From a bacterium (GTDB taxonomy: Bacteria; Krumholzibacteriota; Krumholzibacteriia; G020349025), in assembly GCA_031362565.1 (NCBI GenBank), contig JANLSU010000058.1, positions 32,001 through 96,000 of the forward strand: a DNA stretch of 64,000 nt, given 5' to 3'. Under the pieces are notes generated by a model. The model saw only the letters and a program-made list of their open reading frames with translations, was not told the DNA's origin and searched no databases. Shown one piece after another: positions 8,360 to 18,382 of this stretch (positions are counted from its first letter, which is position 1; every line of letters begins with the position of its first letter). The translations under genes and the position numbers were made by a program.

Positions 8360-10615
8360 ATGGGCCAGAGAGTGTTACGCGCGATCGTTCTCGTCGCGCT
8401 CTTCGTATTCACGGCTGTTTCGTGGGCGGGCTACCGCGAATCGCAATGGCCGTCGACGCTCAACTGGCGCGGCCTGTCGCGTGCTTCGCACTTGTGCGGT
8501 CCGCTCGGTTTGTCTTTCACCCACGCCAATGTCGCTTTGTTCGGACGCGTCGCGTCGGCGGCGATTCCGCTGCTGTTGGCGCTGGCCGCCGTCGCGACCC
8601 TGCTCGATTGGCAACGGCGCCGCACGCTCGGACACGGCGCGCGCCTGTTGGTGGCGGCGCTTTTCGTCGCGGTTTTGAGCGCCTGGGCGGGCGATGAACT
8701 CGGTGGTTCGGTCGGCCACCTCGAGCTCGAACTCTTGCGGGCCATTCTCGGGCAGGTGGGCGCGACGATTCTGCTCGCGGCGATTCTCGCCGGCGGCTTG
8801 CTGCGTTACGGAACACCGCTCGCACGCCCGGTTCTGGCGCACAGCGGCATCGTCCTCGAGCGCGCCCAAGGTGCCGGAACCGTCGGACGCGAATTCTGGC
8901 AGCGCCTGAAGTCCGATGTGCACGGGCTTTGGCACGGTGCGCCGGACGACGATGAATTCGCGGCCGATCGGCCCGCGCCGCGCGCCGCATCCAAGGCGGT
9001 GCGTCCGGCGGTGGCACGCGACGCAGCCGCGGCGCCGGTGGCGGCGTTAGTGCCGGTGCGCGCCGATGCGCCGCCGCGCATCCGTGACATCAACCGCGCC
9101 CCGCGCCCGCGCGTCATCGAACAATCGGGCGCTCTCCCGGCCGGCGACGAACCCATGGTGCGGTCGCGCGATTCGACGCGCTACCATTTGCCGGCGCAAG
9201 ACCTGCTGACACCGTGCGAGTCCGTGGTCCACGCCGCCAGCGATACCGAACTGTTGGACATGTCGCGCCGGCTCGAGGAGAAACTCGCGGATTTCGGCAT
9301 CGGCGGCCGGGTCGCCGAAGTGCAGCCGGGCCCGGTCATCACGACGTTCGAGTTCGAGCCGGCACCCGGCATCAAGGTGAGCCAGGTCACGAGCCGGGTC
9401 GACGATTTGGCCATGGCGCTGCGGGCGCAATCCATCCGGATGGTGGCGCCGATCCCCGGCAAGGCCGCGATTGGCGTCGAGATTCCGAATCGCGATGCGC
9501 AGATGGTGTCGCTGCACGAGATCATGCACGCCTGGTCCGACGACCTGCGGGTCGGGCCCTTGGGACTGGCACTCGGCAAGACCGTGAGCGGCGATCCGTT
9601 CTTCGCCGATCTCGCCAACATGCCGCACTTGCTGGTGGCCGGTGCGACCGGCTCCGGCAAGAGTGTGTGCATCAACGTCATCCTCTGCAGCTTGCTCCTG
9701 CGGCACGATCCGAACGAGGTCAAGCTGCTGCTCATCGATCCCAAGATGTTGGAGATGAACGCCTACAAGGACATCCCGCACCTCCTGCATCCGGTCGTCA
9801 CCGACCCGAAGGAGGCCTACAAGGCATTGCACTGGCTGACGCTGGAAATGGAGCGCCGCTATCGTGAGTTGGCGCGCGCCAGCGTTCGCAACATCATCGG
9901 CTACAACAAGAAGATCGCCGCCGGTGAAGTACTGGACGAGTCCGGCAAGCCGAAGGACATCCTGCCGTATGTCGTCGTCATCGTCGACGAACTGGCAGAT
10001 CTGATGATCCAGGTCGGCAACGAGATCGAAACGCCGATCGCGCGTTTGGCGCAGATGGCGCGCGCCGTCGGCATCCACCTCGTGCTCGCCACCCAGCGTC
10101 CTTCGGTCGACGTGATCACCGGTGTCATCAAGGCGAATTTCCCGAGCCGCATTGCGTTTCAAGTTTCGTCGCGCGTCGACTCGCGCACCATCTTGGACGG
10201 CAACGGTGCGGAAGCGCTGCTCGGGAGAGGCGACATGCTGTTCCTGGCCGGTGGCCGGCCGGCGCCGATCCGCCTCCACGGGGCCTACGTGAGCGTCGAG
10301 GAGTGCGAACGTATCGCCGAGCACTGGCGCCAATTCGGCCAGGGGGCGGGCAAGATCGACCTGGACGACGCCCGAACCAACGGCCAGGGCGACGCTTCCG
10401 GCGACGACGACCTCTTCGAGGAAGCGCGCCAGGTCATCGTTTCGAGCGGTGTCGCCTCGGTTTCCTATTTGCAGCGCCGCCTCAAAGTGGGCTACTCTCG
10501 GGCGGCCCGCATCATGGACATGCTGGAGGAGGCGGGCGTGGTTGGGCCCGCGATGGGCGCCAAGCCGCGCGAAGTCCTGCAGCGGCTCGAGGACCTCTCC
10601 CCGCTGGCCGATTGA
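8360..10615 (+). CDS. ftsK: DNA translocase FtsK
   Basis: N-terminal TM segments, PHLLVAGATGSGKS, VVIVDELADLM, LAQMARAVGIHLVLATQRPS, gamma domain LQRRLKVGYSRAAR. Confidence 0.96.
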   Translation: MGQRVLRAIVLVALFVFTAVSWAGYRESQWPSTLNWRGLSRASHLCGPLGLSFTHANVALFGRVASAAIPLLLALAAVATLLDWQRRRTLGHGARLLVAALFVAVLSAWAGDELGGSVGHLELELLRAILGQVGATILLAAILAGGLLRYGTPLARPVLAHSGIVLERAQGAGTVGREFWQRLKSDVHGLWHGAPDDDEFAADRPAPRAASKAVRPAVARDAAAAPVAALVPVRADAPPRIRDINRAPRPRVIEQSGALPAGDEPMVRSRDSTRYHLPAQDLLTPCESVVHAASDTELLDMSRRLEEKLADFGIGGRVAEVQPGPVITTFEFEPAPGIKVSQVTSRVDDLAMALRAQSIRMVAPIPGKAAIGVEIPNRDAQMVSLHEIMHAWSDDLRVGPLGLALGKTVSGDPFFADLANMPHLLVAGATGSGKSVCINVILCSLLLRHDPNEVKLLLIDPKMLEMNAYKDIPHLLHPVVTDPKEAYKALHWLTLEMERRYRELARASVRNIIGYNKKIAAGEVLDESGKPKDILPYVVVIVDELADLMIQVGNEIETPIARLAQMARAVGIHLVLATQRPSVDVITGVIKANFPSRIAFQVSSRVDSRTILDGNGAEALLGRGDMLFLAGGRPAPIRLHGAYVSVEECERIAEHWRQFGQGAGKIDLDDARTNGQGDASGDDDLFEEARQVIVSSGVASVSYLQRRLKVGYSRAARIMDMLEEAGVVGPAMGAKPREVLQRLEDLSPLAD

Positions 10616-10628
10616 CCCCCGGAATCAC

Positions 10629-12140
10629 ATGAGTGTCGTCCATTTCAGGCCCCCGGCCCCGACGCGCCCCGCTCCGGCGGCAGGTGCGCCCTTGGCGCCC
10701 TTGGCGGGCTTGCGCGTCTACCTGGACTCGCTGGGATGCGCCAAGAACCTCGTTGACTCCGAGGCCACTCTGGGGCTCCTGGCGGGTCAGGGGTGCATCA
10801 CGGTGCCCGAGCCGGAGGATGCGGACCTCATGGTGGTCAACACCTGCGGCTTCTTGGAGCAGGCGCGCGAGGAGTCGATCGAGCGCATTCTGGAGCTCGC
10901 ACAGTTGAAAACTCTCGGCCGCCCGCGGGTCCTCGCGGTGTTGGGCTGCCTGGTGGCGCGCGCCGCCGAAGAACTGGCGGAGTCGATTCCCGAAGTCGAC
11001 GTCTGGCTGCCGGCTGGCCATCACGCCGATCTGGGAGCCCGCGTTGCGGCGCGTCTCGGTTCACTGCCGGCGCTCGAAGTGCGCCAAGCCACCGATCGAT
11101 CGGGGAGCGGGCGCGCTCCGGCCAGTGCGTTCTCGGGCTTCGGCACTCGGGTCCTCCTCACGCCGGCGCACACTGCCTATCTGAAGATCTCCGAAGGCTG
11201 CACCAACGCCTGCACCTTTTGTTCGATTCCGCTCATGCGCGGTTTGCAACGCAGCCGGCCGCTCGCGGCTATTGTCGAAGAGGCTGCCGCACTCGCGGCG
11301 CGCGGTGTCCGCGAACTGCACTTGGTCGCGCAGGACTTGACGCACTATGGATTCGACGCCGGCGAGGGCCACGATCTGCTCGACCTGGCGGTGGCGTTGG
11401 GTGGCGTCGCGGGAATCGAGTGGATTCGTTTCTTGTACGCGCATCCGGCGCACCTGACGCCACGGCTCTTGGAAGGCTTGTTCGAAGTCCCTCAGGTCGT
11501 GCGCTATCTCGACATGCCGGTGCAGCACGCTTCGCCGCGTATTTTGCAGGCCATGCGCCGGCCTTATTCACCGGAGCGCGTCCGGCGGCAACTCGCGGCT
11601 CTGCGCGCCAAGGTCCCGGGGATCACGTTACGCAGCACGGTCATCGTTGGATTTCCCGGCGAAACCGAACGCGACTTCGACCTGTTGTGCCGTTTCGTGT
11701 CGGACGTGCGTTACGACCGGCTCGGGACCTTCACCTATTCGCGCGAGCCTGGCACTCCGGCGGCGGATTTGCCGGGACGGCCGCGCACGAGCACGGCGCA
11801 ACGCCGCTTGAATGTAATCACCGAACTGCAGATGGAAATTGCCGCCCAACAGGCCCAGGCGCGAGTCGGCCAACGGTTGCGGGTTCTCGTCGACGGGCCG
11901 GTGTCGCCCGAGGAAGCCACTGAGAGCCCCATGGCGGCGGGGGCCATCGCGCGCGCGCGCAGCGAGGGCGAGGCGCTGGATATCGACGGCACGGTATACG
12001 TGGTGGCGGCGCCGGGCACGGTGATTCCGGCCGGCGCTTTCGTCGAGGTCGAGATCGAAGCCGCCGACGTTTTCGATCTGCGCGCCCGGGTGCTCGGCCG
12101 TGGTCCAGGAGCATCGTTGCAACCATCGATTGTTGCTTGA
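10629..12140 (+). CDS. rimO: Ribosomal protein S12 methylthiotransferase RimO
   Basis: LGCAKNLVDSE, VNTCGFL, LGCL (UPF0004); radical SAM EGCTNACTFCSIP; C-terminal TRAM (EALDIDG). Confidence 0.92.
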   Translation: MSVVHFRPPAPTRPAPAAGAPLAPLAGLRVYLDSLGCAKNLVDSEATLGLLAGQGCITVPEPEDADLMVVNTCGFLEQAREESIERILELAQLKTLGRPRVLAVLGCLVARAAEELAESIPEVDVWLPAGHHADLGARVAARLGSLPALEVRQATDRSGSGRAPASAFSGFGTRVLLTPAHTAYLKISEGCTNACTFCSIPLMRGLQRSRPLAAIVEEAAALAARGVRELHLVAQDLTHYGFDAGEGHDLLDLAVALGGVAGIEWIRFLYAHPAHLTPRLLEGLFEVPQVVRYLDMPVQHASPRILQAMRRPYSPERVRRQLAALRAKVPGITLRSTVIVGFPGETERDFDLLCRFVSDVRYDRLGTFTYSREPGTPAADLPGRPRTSTAQRRLNVITELQMEIAAQQAQARVGQRLRVLVDGPVSPEEATESPMAAGAIARARSEGEALDIDGTVYVVAAPGTVIPAGAFVEVEIEAADVFDLRARVLGRGPGASLQPSIVA

Positions 12141-12223
12141 CTTGCAGTCGCGATTCCCGTAACTGGAGGCGTCGGAGCCAAGCGGCACCGCCTGAACCCT
12201 TGGCCGAGTGGAGGCGATCTCGC

Positions 12224-12865
12224 GTGTCATCCAAGCTGCGCCACGCAGCACTCGTGTCCTTGGTCGTGCTGATCGGCGCCCAAACCAGAGCGGCCGGCGC
12301 CGAGCCACTGCCGACCAACTATGAACTCGTGCAGGCGGCAACGCGGGTCGCGTGCGCGAAACTCGTCGAGGGCATGCGGTCACACCTCGGCACCGGGGCG
12401 GTGAGCGTACACGCCGTGGGTACGGCCCCCAGCCACTTCTTGGTCGAGAATATCCTGACCGCGGCCCTGACCGAGAGCGGCATCAAGGTCACGACGCGCG
12501 CCGATTCGGTAAGCCCGGTGATCGAATTCGAGGTCGTGGATCTCGGCTTGGCGTACATCGGCGCGCACCGGTCGCCGCCGTGGATCGGCCATCGCAGCAT
12601 CGACCGGACGGCCCGTGCCCGGCTCTTCGCGCGGGTCGTGGATCCGGTGCAAGCGCGGATCGTTTGGGCCGATCAGGCCGAAGGCCATCGCACCGACCGG
12701 GTGGCGCAGTCGGCACTCAACCGCCTCGAAGAAGAAAAACCGACGGCGTACGAGAAGCCCGCCCGTCCGCCCGGCCGATGGAATAAAGTGGTCGAGCCCG
12801 TCGTCGTCACTGGCATCGTGGTGGGCTTGATCGCGCTGTTCTTTTCGAACCAGTCGACGAAGTGA
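12224..12865 (+). CDS. Hypothetical exported/membrane-anchored protein
   Basis: GTG after GGAGG 12210-12214, signal-peptide-like N-terminus, C-terminal TM helix (VEPVVVTGIVVGLIALFFS). Confidence 0.7.
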   Translation: MSSKLRHAALVSLVVLIGAQTRAAGAEPLPTNYELVQAATRVACAKLVEGMRSHLGTGAVSVHAVGTAPSHFLVENILTAALTESGIKVTTRADSVSPVIEFEVVDLGLAYIGAHRSPPWIGHRSIDRTARARLFARVVDPVQARIVWADQAEGHRTDRVAQSALNRLEEEKPTAYEKPARPPGRWNKVVEPVVVTGIVVGLIALFFSNQSTK

Positions 12866-12891
12866 GCCTCGCGGTTTGGGAGGGAGTCGGC

Positions 12892-13644
12892 TTGGACATC
12901 GGCAGTTTGCTCGCGCGTGGCAAGGGCCTGCTCGACGCGGGCAAGTACGGCGATGCGGTGCAGTGTCTCGAGAGTGCGGTGCACCGCCAGCCGGATTTTC
13001 CGGACCTGCACAATCTTCTGGGTCTGGCGCTCTCCATGGCGGGGGAGCCGCTGCGGGCGGAATCGCATCTGGCACGCGCCCTCGAGCTCAATCCGAACTA
13101 CGCCGAGGCGCACCTGAACATCGCGATCCTGCTGTTCGAGCGCAATGCCTACAACGCGGCGCGCGAACACATGCGGGAATTCAATCGCATCGTGCGCAGC
13201 AATCCGCGCGGCTTTCCCGATCCGGCCCTGGATGATCTGGCGCGCCGCCATGCGGATTTGGCGGAGCGCTATCGTGCCTGCGGGCTTCTGGACGAGGCGG
13301 AGACGCAGTTGCGCGCCGCGCTGCGCTTGCGCCCGGCGTACGGCGATTTGCGTTTGCAGCTCGGGCGTGTTTTGTTCGAACGCGCCAAGTTGGACGAAGC
13401 CTCTCAACAAGTCGAGGTCCTGCTGCAACAGACTCCGGAATACCCCGAAGCGTTCTTGCTGCGCGGCCAGATCGAGCTCGCACGCGGTAACGCCGACGGC
13501 GCGCGTCAGGCCTGGCAGCGGATTGGACAGGGCACCGCCGGCACCCAAGCGCGGGCGCTCCTCGACCAACTGGAAATCGATCTGCGGGCGCGCCGCAACG
13601 CCCCTTCCCCGGAGGGTTCGCGTTATGCGGGCGGGCGGCCGTAA
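12892..13644 (+). CDS. Tetratricopeptide-repeat protein
   Basis: PDFPDLHNLLG, ALELNPNYAEAHLN, PAYGDLRLQLG, PEYPEAFLLRG; TTG start after GGAGGGAG (alternative GTG 12862). Confidence 0.85.
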   Translation: MDIGSLLARGKGLLDAGKYGDAVQCLESAVHRQPDFPDLHNLLGLALSMAGEPLRAESHLARALELNPNYAEAHLNIAILLFERNAYNAAREHMREFNRIVRSNPRGFPDPALDDLARRHADLAERYRACGLLDEAETQLRAALRLRPAYGDLRLQLGRVLFERAKLDEASQQVEVLLQQTPEYPEAFLLRGQIELARGNADGARQAWQRIGQGTAGTQARALLDQLEIDLRARRNAPSPEGSRYAGGRP

Positions 13645-14503
13645 GCCAGGCGCCGTGGCCCCCCGACCGGGGTCCCGGCGCCCGAGCCGTTGGTCGCACC
13701 TCGTGTCCCTGGCTTGCGCCGGCCTCGGCGCCGTGGCCGGTTGCGGCGGGCCGCGCGTCGCGATCGCTCCTACCGATCCGCTGTATGAATTCCGCGTCGG
13801 GTTGGCCGACAACGCCCGGCATCACTGGGTCGAGGCCCAGGACCATCTGAAGCGCTTCCTGGATTTGCATCCGGGTCACGTCAACGCCGATTCAGCGCAG
13901 TACGAGCTCGGGCTCGCCAAGATGGGCGCGCACCTGTATCCCGAAGCCGCGGTGGAATTCCAGATTCTCGGCCAGGAATACCCTCGCAGCCCGCTGCGGC
14001 CGGCTGCCAGCTTCCAGGAATGTGTGAGCTATGTGAAGCAAGTACGTTCAACACAGCTCGATCCGACGCCGGCGATCCGCGCCCAGACGTGCTTGGACGA
14101 ATACATGCTGCGTTTTCCGGGCGCCGCCGACAGTGCCGCGGCCGTGAACCACCTGCGGGATCTCGCCGACCACCTCGCGGAAAAGGATCTGCGGCTCGGC
14201 CGCATGTTCGTGCGCATGAAACGGCCGCGCGCCGCGCGTGTCTACCTGCAGAACGTGTTGCACGCGACTCCGGGGTCGCGTTGGGAGCCGGAGGCGCTGC
14301 TCTATTTGGGCCAAGTCGAGGAGCTCGAAGCACAGCCGGCCGAGGCAGCCAAAGCCTACCGGCGCGTGGTCACGGAACATGGCGGAACCGAAGCCGCGCG
14401 CCCGGCGCGCGAGCGTCTCGACAAACTCGTGGCGCGCCACCCGGAACTGGCGCAGGACACCGCGTCTCCCGCTCCGCCACCGCCGCCCGCCCCGGCGCCA
14501 TGA
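13625..14503 (+). CDS. bamD: Outer membrane protein assembly lipoprotein BamD
   Basis: Lipobox VAGC, TPR-like repeats (EYPRSP, QLDPTPA, LADHLAEKDLRLGRMF); RBS GGAGGG 13611-13616. Confidence 0.8.
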   Translation: MRAGGRKPGAVAPRPGSRRPSRWSHLVSLACAGLGAVAGCGGPRVAIAPTDPLYEFRVGLADNARHHWVEAQDHLKRFLDLHPGHVNADSAQYELGLAKMGAHLYPEAAVEFQILGQEYPRSPLRPAASFQECVSYVKQVRSTQLDPTPAIRAQTCLDEYMLRFPGAADSAAAVNHLRDLADHLAEKDLRLGRMFVRMKRPRAARVYLQNVLHATPGSRWEPEALLYLGQVEELEAQPAEAAKAYRRVVTEHGGTEAARPARERLDKLVARHPELAQDTASPAPPPPPAPAP

Positions 14504-15096
14504 AAGCCCGCGTGCGCCGCGCGGTCTTCGGCGGCAGTTTCGATCCGATTCACTTTGGCCATCTCCTGGTCGCCGAAATGTTGCGTGAACGCGCCGATTT
14601 GGACGAGATCGTGTTCATGCCGGCGGCGCGCTCACCCCACAAGCAAGGCACCGGCGCGCCACAGGCGGCGCGTTTGGCGATGTTGCGCTTGGCGGTGCGT
14701 GGCAACCCACACTTCCGGGTCAGCAGCCTCGAACTCGGGCGTGCCGGCCCCTCCTACACGATCGACACGATTCGGGTCTTGGCGCGCCGTTGGCACGCGC
14801 GGCCGTTGTGGATCCTGGGCGGCGATTCGTTGCTCGAGCTGCACACTTGGCGTGAAGCGGCGGCGTTGCTGCGCGAGGCTCGTTGGATCGCCTACGCGCG
14901 GCCTGGCGCCGAAGCCGCCAAGGCGCGCGCCGAAGAACTCGGCATTGCCTATCACGAACAGGTGCTCTCGCCGCTCACGAGCCGCGAACTGCGGGCGCGG
15001 GCGCGGCGTGGGCAGAGCCTGCGATATCAAGTGCCCGAGCCGGTGCGGCGTTACATCGAACGGCATCGTCTGTACCGCGTCGGGGCGGCGCGATGA
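14500..15096 (+). CDS. nadD: Nicotinate-nucleotide adenylyltransferase
   Basis: FGGSFDPIHFGHL, SPHK, SYTIDT, ILGGDSL, VRRYIERHRLY; ATGA overlap with bamD. Confidence 0.94.
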   Translation: MKARVRRAVFGGSFDPIHFGHLLVAEMLRERADLDEIVFMPAARSPHKQGTGAPQAARLAMLRLAVRGNPHFRVSSLELGRAGPSYTIDTIRVLARRWHARPLWILGGDSLLELHTWREAAALLREARWIAYARPGAEAAKARAEELGIAYHEQVLSPLTSRELRARARRGQSLRYQVPEPVRRYIERHRLYRVGAAR

Positions 15097-17756
15097 ATGC
15101 GCTCCTTGTGGATGGCAGCGGACTCGCGTATCGCTCCTACTTTGCCTTCGTGCGCAATCCGCTGCGTTCGACGCGCGGCGAGGAAACCAGCCTCTCCTAC
15201 GGCTTCTTGACCGCCGTGCTGCGCTGGTGCGAGCGCTATGCGCCGGAGCACGTGGCGATCGTCTTCGATCCCCCTGGCCGCACGCATCGTCATGCGCTGT
15301 ATGCGGAATACAAGGCGCAGCGCCCGGCCCGGCCCGAAGGCCTGGTGGCGCAGCAGCCGCGCCTGCGCGAAGTGCTGGCGGCGTTGCGCGTCGCGGTGGT
15401 GGAGATCCCGGGCTGGGAAGCAGACGACGTGCTGGCGACTCTGGCGCGGCGTTTCGAAGCCGCTGGATCCAACGTCTGGCTCGCCACGGCCGACAAGGAT
15501 TTGCAACAGCTGGTGTCGCCGCGAGTCCGGCTCGTGCGTCCGGCGCCGATGGGGAACGACGCGGAGATGGGGCCCGCCGAACTCGAGGAACGCACCGGTT
15601 TGCGGCCGGAGCAGATTGTCGATTGGCTGGCACTCGCCGGTGATGCATCGGACAACATCCCCGGCGTGGCCGGTGTTGGCGACAAGACCGCCCTCGAACT
15701 GCTGCGCGAACACGGCACCCTCGCCGGGGTCTACGCGGACCTCGATCGTGTGACGCGTCCGGCGGTGCGCCGCCGGCTGGAAGCAGGCCGGGCGGCGGCC
15801 GAGTTGTCGCGCACGCTGGTCGAACTGCGCAGCGACGCGCCGGTCGACGCGACGGGACTCGATTGGCCGGGCATCGATTGGGCGGTGCTCACGCCGCTCC
15901 TCGAGCACTTGGAGTTCTTCCAGATTCTGCGTCAGAAACCGGCCGTCGCTCGGTCCGGTGGTGCACCGCTCGGGGTTGCGACGGCGATCGCCGCCGACGG
16001 GCCAGCGTGGCGCGCGGCTCTCGAAGCCGCATCGGGTGCCGGTGCGATCGCGATCGCCGCGGCGTTCGACGGTGTGCCGCGCGTTGCGCCAGTCACTGCG
16101 GTCGCGGTCGCTTGGGGGGATCGGACGGCGGTTGCGGCCGACGTCGCGTCCGTTCCGCCGGCGCCACGTCCGGGCGAACTCGACCTGCGCCTACCCGCCG
16201 GCCGCGGCGTTCCGGAAGCCGCACTTGTCGCCGCACTGCAGCCGCTGCTCGCGGATCCGGCGCGGATCAAGATTGGTTTCGATTGCAAAGCCCTGGCGTT
16301 CACCCTGGCGCGTGCGGGCGCGCCGATGCCGGGTCCGTATTTCGATACGCTGCTCGCGGCCTATGTTCTGGATCCCGGCCGCCGCACCGGTTCGATCGCC
16401 GCGCTGGCGCAGGAACACCTCGGGCTCGCTCTCGACGTGACCGCATCGGACGCCGCGGCGCAGGGGGCAGCCGCAACCGCGCTGTGGGCGTTGCGAGACG
16501 TCCTCACCCGCCAACTGGAAAGCGACGGGTTGGCGGCGCTTTTCCGCGACGTCGAGACGCCGCTCGTCGAAGTGCTCTTGGCGATGGAACTCGAAGGTGT
16601 CGGAATCGATCGCGCCAGTTTGGACGCCTTGGCCGCCGATCTCGAGCAACGCGCCGCGGGGCTTGCCGAATCGATCTATGCGGCGTGCGGCCGGCGCTTC
16701 AATTTGCAATCGACCCAACAACTCGGCCAAGTGCTATTCAACGAACTCGCGTTGCCGCATGGCCGGCGCACGCGCACCGGTTGGTCGACGGATGTCGATG
16801 TGCTCGAGCGGCTCGCCGGGTCGCACGCGGTTGCGGCACAGTTGCTCGAGCACCGGCAGTTGATGAAATTGCGCTCGACGTACGCCGAAGCGCTGCCGCG
16901 CCTCATGGATCCGGCGACCGGCCGGATTCACACGCGTTTCAATCAGACCGTTGCTTCGACCGGCCGGTTGTCGTCGTCCGATCCGAATCTGCAGAACATT
17001 CCGATTCGGACCGAACTCGGGCGGCGCATCCGTGCCGCCTTCGTGCCACGGGACCGGAACGGTTGGATGCTCGCTGCCGACTATTCGCAGATCGAACTGC
17101 GGCTCCTGGCGCACTTATCACAGGACCCCGCACTGGTTGCCGCCTTCCAGCAAGGCCAGGACGTGCACCAGCAGACGGCGGCCCGGGTCTTTGGCTGTGA
17201 TCTAGCGGCGGTCACCCCCGAGCAGCGCGCCGCCGCCAAGACCGTCAACTTCGGCGTCATCTACGGCATGGGGCCGCGTGGTTTGGCCGACCGGCTCGGG
17301 ATTCCGCTGGCGGAGGCGAAGCGTTTCATCGACGAATACTTCGCCGGTTATCCCGGGGTTCGCGCCTTCACCCACGAGCTTGTCGAACGGGCGCGCGCCA
17401 ATGGCTTCACGACGACCTTGCTCGGCCGCCGCATGCGCCTGCCGGGCATCGCGAGTTCGCAGCCCGCGGAACGCGCCGGCGCCGAACGGGTCGCGATCAA
17501 CGCCCCCATTCAGGGCAGCGCCGCCGATTTGATCAAGGTGGCGATGCTGCGTGTCCACCGCCGCTTGCAAGCGGCCGGACTGCGCTCGCGCTTGGTGCTG
17601 CAAGTGCACGACGAATTGGTCTTCGATGTCGCTGCCGGCGAGCAGGACGAAGTCGCGGCCATCGCGCAGAGCGAGATGGAGGGCGCCGTACCGCTTCGGG
17701 TGCCGGTTGTCGTCGATGTGGGCTGCGGGGCGACTTGGGCGGAGGCGCACCGATGA
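15093..17756 (+). CDS. polA: DNA polymerase I
   Basis: 5'-3' exonuclease (VDGSGLAYRSYFA, EADDV, GDASDNIPGV); polymerase motifs TGRLSSSDPNLQNIP, ADYSQIELR, AKTVNFGVIYG, LQVHDEL. Confidence 0.97.
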   Translation: MNALLVDGSGLAYRSYFAFVRNPLRSTRGEETSLSYGFLTAVLRWCERYAPEHVAIVFDPPGRTHRHALYAEYKAQRPARPEGLVAQQPRLREVLAALRVAVVEIPGWEADDVLATLARRFEAAGSNVWLATADKDLQQLVSPRVRLVRPAPMGNDAEMGPAELEERTGLRPEQIVDWLALAGDASDNIPGVAGVGDKTALELLREHGTLAGVYADLDRVTRPAVRRRLEAGRAAAELSRTLVELRSDAPVDATGLDWPGIDWAVLTPLLEHLEFFQILRQKPAVARSGGAPLGVATAIAADGPAWRAALEAASGAGAIAIAAAFDGVPRVAPVTAVAVAWGDRTAVAADVASVPPAPRPGELDLRLPAGRGVPEAALVAALQPLLADPARIKIGFDCKALAFTLARAGAPMPGPYFDTLLAAYVLDPGRRTGSIAALAQEHLGLALDVTASDAAAQGAAATALWALRDVLTRQLESDGLAALFRDVETPLVEVLLAMELEGVGIDRASLDALAADLEQRAAGLAESIYAACGRRFNLQSTQQLGQVLFNELALPHGRRTRTGWSTDVDVLERLAGSHAVAAQLLEHRQLMKLRSTYAEALPRLMDPATGRIHTRFNQTVASTGRLSSSDPNLQNIPIRTELGRRIRAAFVPRDRNGWMLAADYSQIELRLLAHLSQDPALVAAFQQGQDVHQQTAARVFGCDLAAVTPEQRAAAKTVNFGVIYGMGPRGLADRLGIPLAEAKRFIDEYFAGYPGVRAFTHELVERARANGFTTTLLGRRMRLPGIASSQPAERAGAERVAINAPIQGSAADLIKVAMLRVHRRLQAAGLRSRLVLQVHDELVFDVAAGEQDEVAAIAQSEMEGAVPLRVPVVVDVGCGATWAEAHR

Positions 17757-18382
17757 AGGTCTACGCCCTGGTCGGTGGGATGGCGGCCGGAAAATCGACG
17801 GTGGCGCGCCGGATCGCGCGCCGCTACGGTGGGCACTGGCTCGAGGCCGATCGGGCTGGGCATCAGGTGCTGCGTCTCGAGCGCGTCCGGCAGCGATTGC
17901 TGGCTCTCTTCGGGCCTGCTATCTTGGCCGCGGACGGCGCCATCGACCGGCGACGCTTGGGCCGGCGAGTCTTCGGCGACCCGGCCCGCCTTGCGGCTCT
18001 CGATCGTGTCGTGCATCCCGAAATTGCGGCTCGGGTGCGGCGGCGAATCGGCGCCTTCGAACGCCGCGGCGCGGCGTTCGTGCTCTTGGATGCGGCGCTG
18101 TTTTTCGAAATCGACCTGGGACAACCGGTGGACGGCGTGTTGGCGGTCGTCGCGCCGCGGCGGGTGCGCCGCCAGCGCCTTCGCGACCGCGGCCAATGGA
18201 CCTTGGCGGAGATCGACGCACGGCTCGCGAGCCAGCCCCGGGTGGGCGCTTGGGCGCGCCGGGCCGACGTGCGCTTGATCAACGACGGCGACCGGCGGAC
18301 TCTCGACGCACGAATCGATGTGGCTTGGAAAGCGCTCCGTCGCGTTCCGACGCGGCGGCGGCGCGGGAGGGGACGAACATGA
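17753..18382 (+). CDS. coaE: Dephospho-CoA kinase
   Basis: LVGGMAAGKSTVA, IDRRRLGRRVF, VHPEI, DAALFFE; follows polA. Confidence 0.92.
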   Translation: MKVYALVGGMAAGKSTVARRIARRYGGHWLEADRAGHQVLRLERVRQRLLALFGPAILAADGAIDRRRLGRRVFGDPARLAALDRVVHPEIAARVRRRIGAFERRGAAFVLLDAALFFEIDLGQPVDGVLAVVAPRRVRRQRLRDRGQWTLAEIDARLASQPRVGAWARRADVRLINDGDRRTLDARIDVAWKALRRVPTRRRRGRGRT

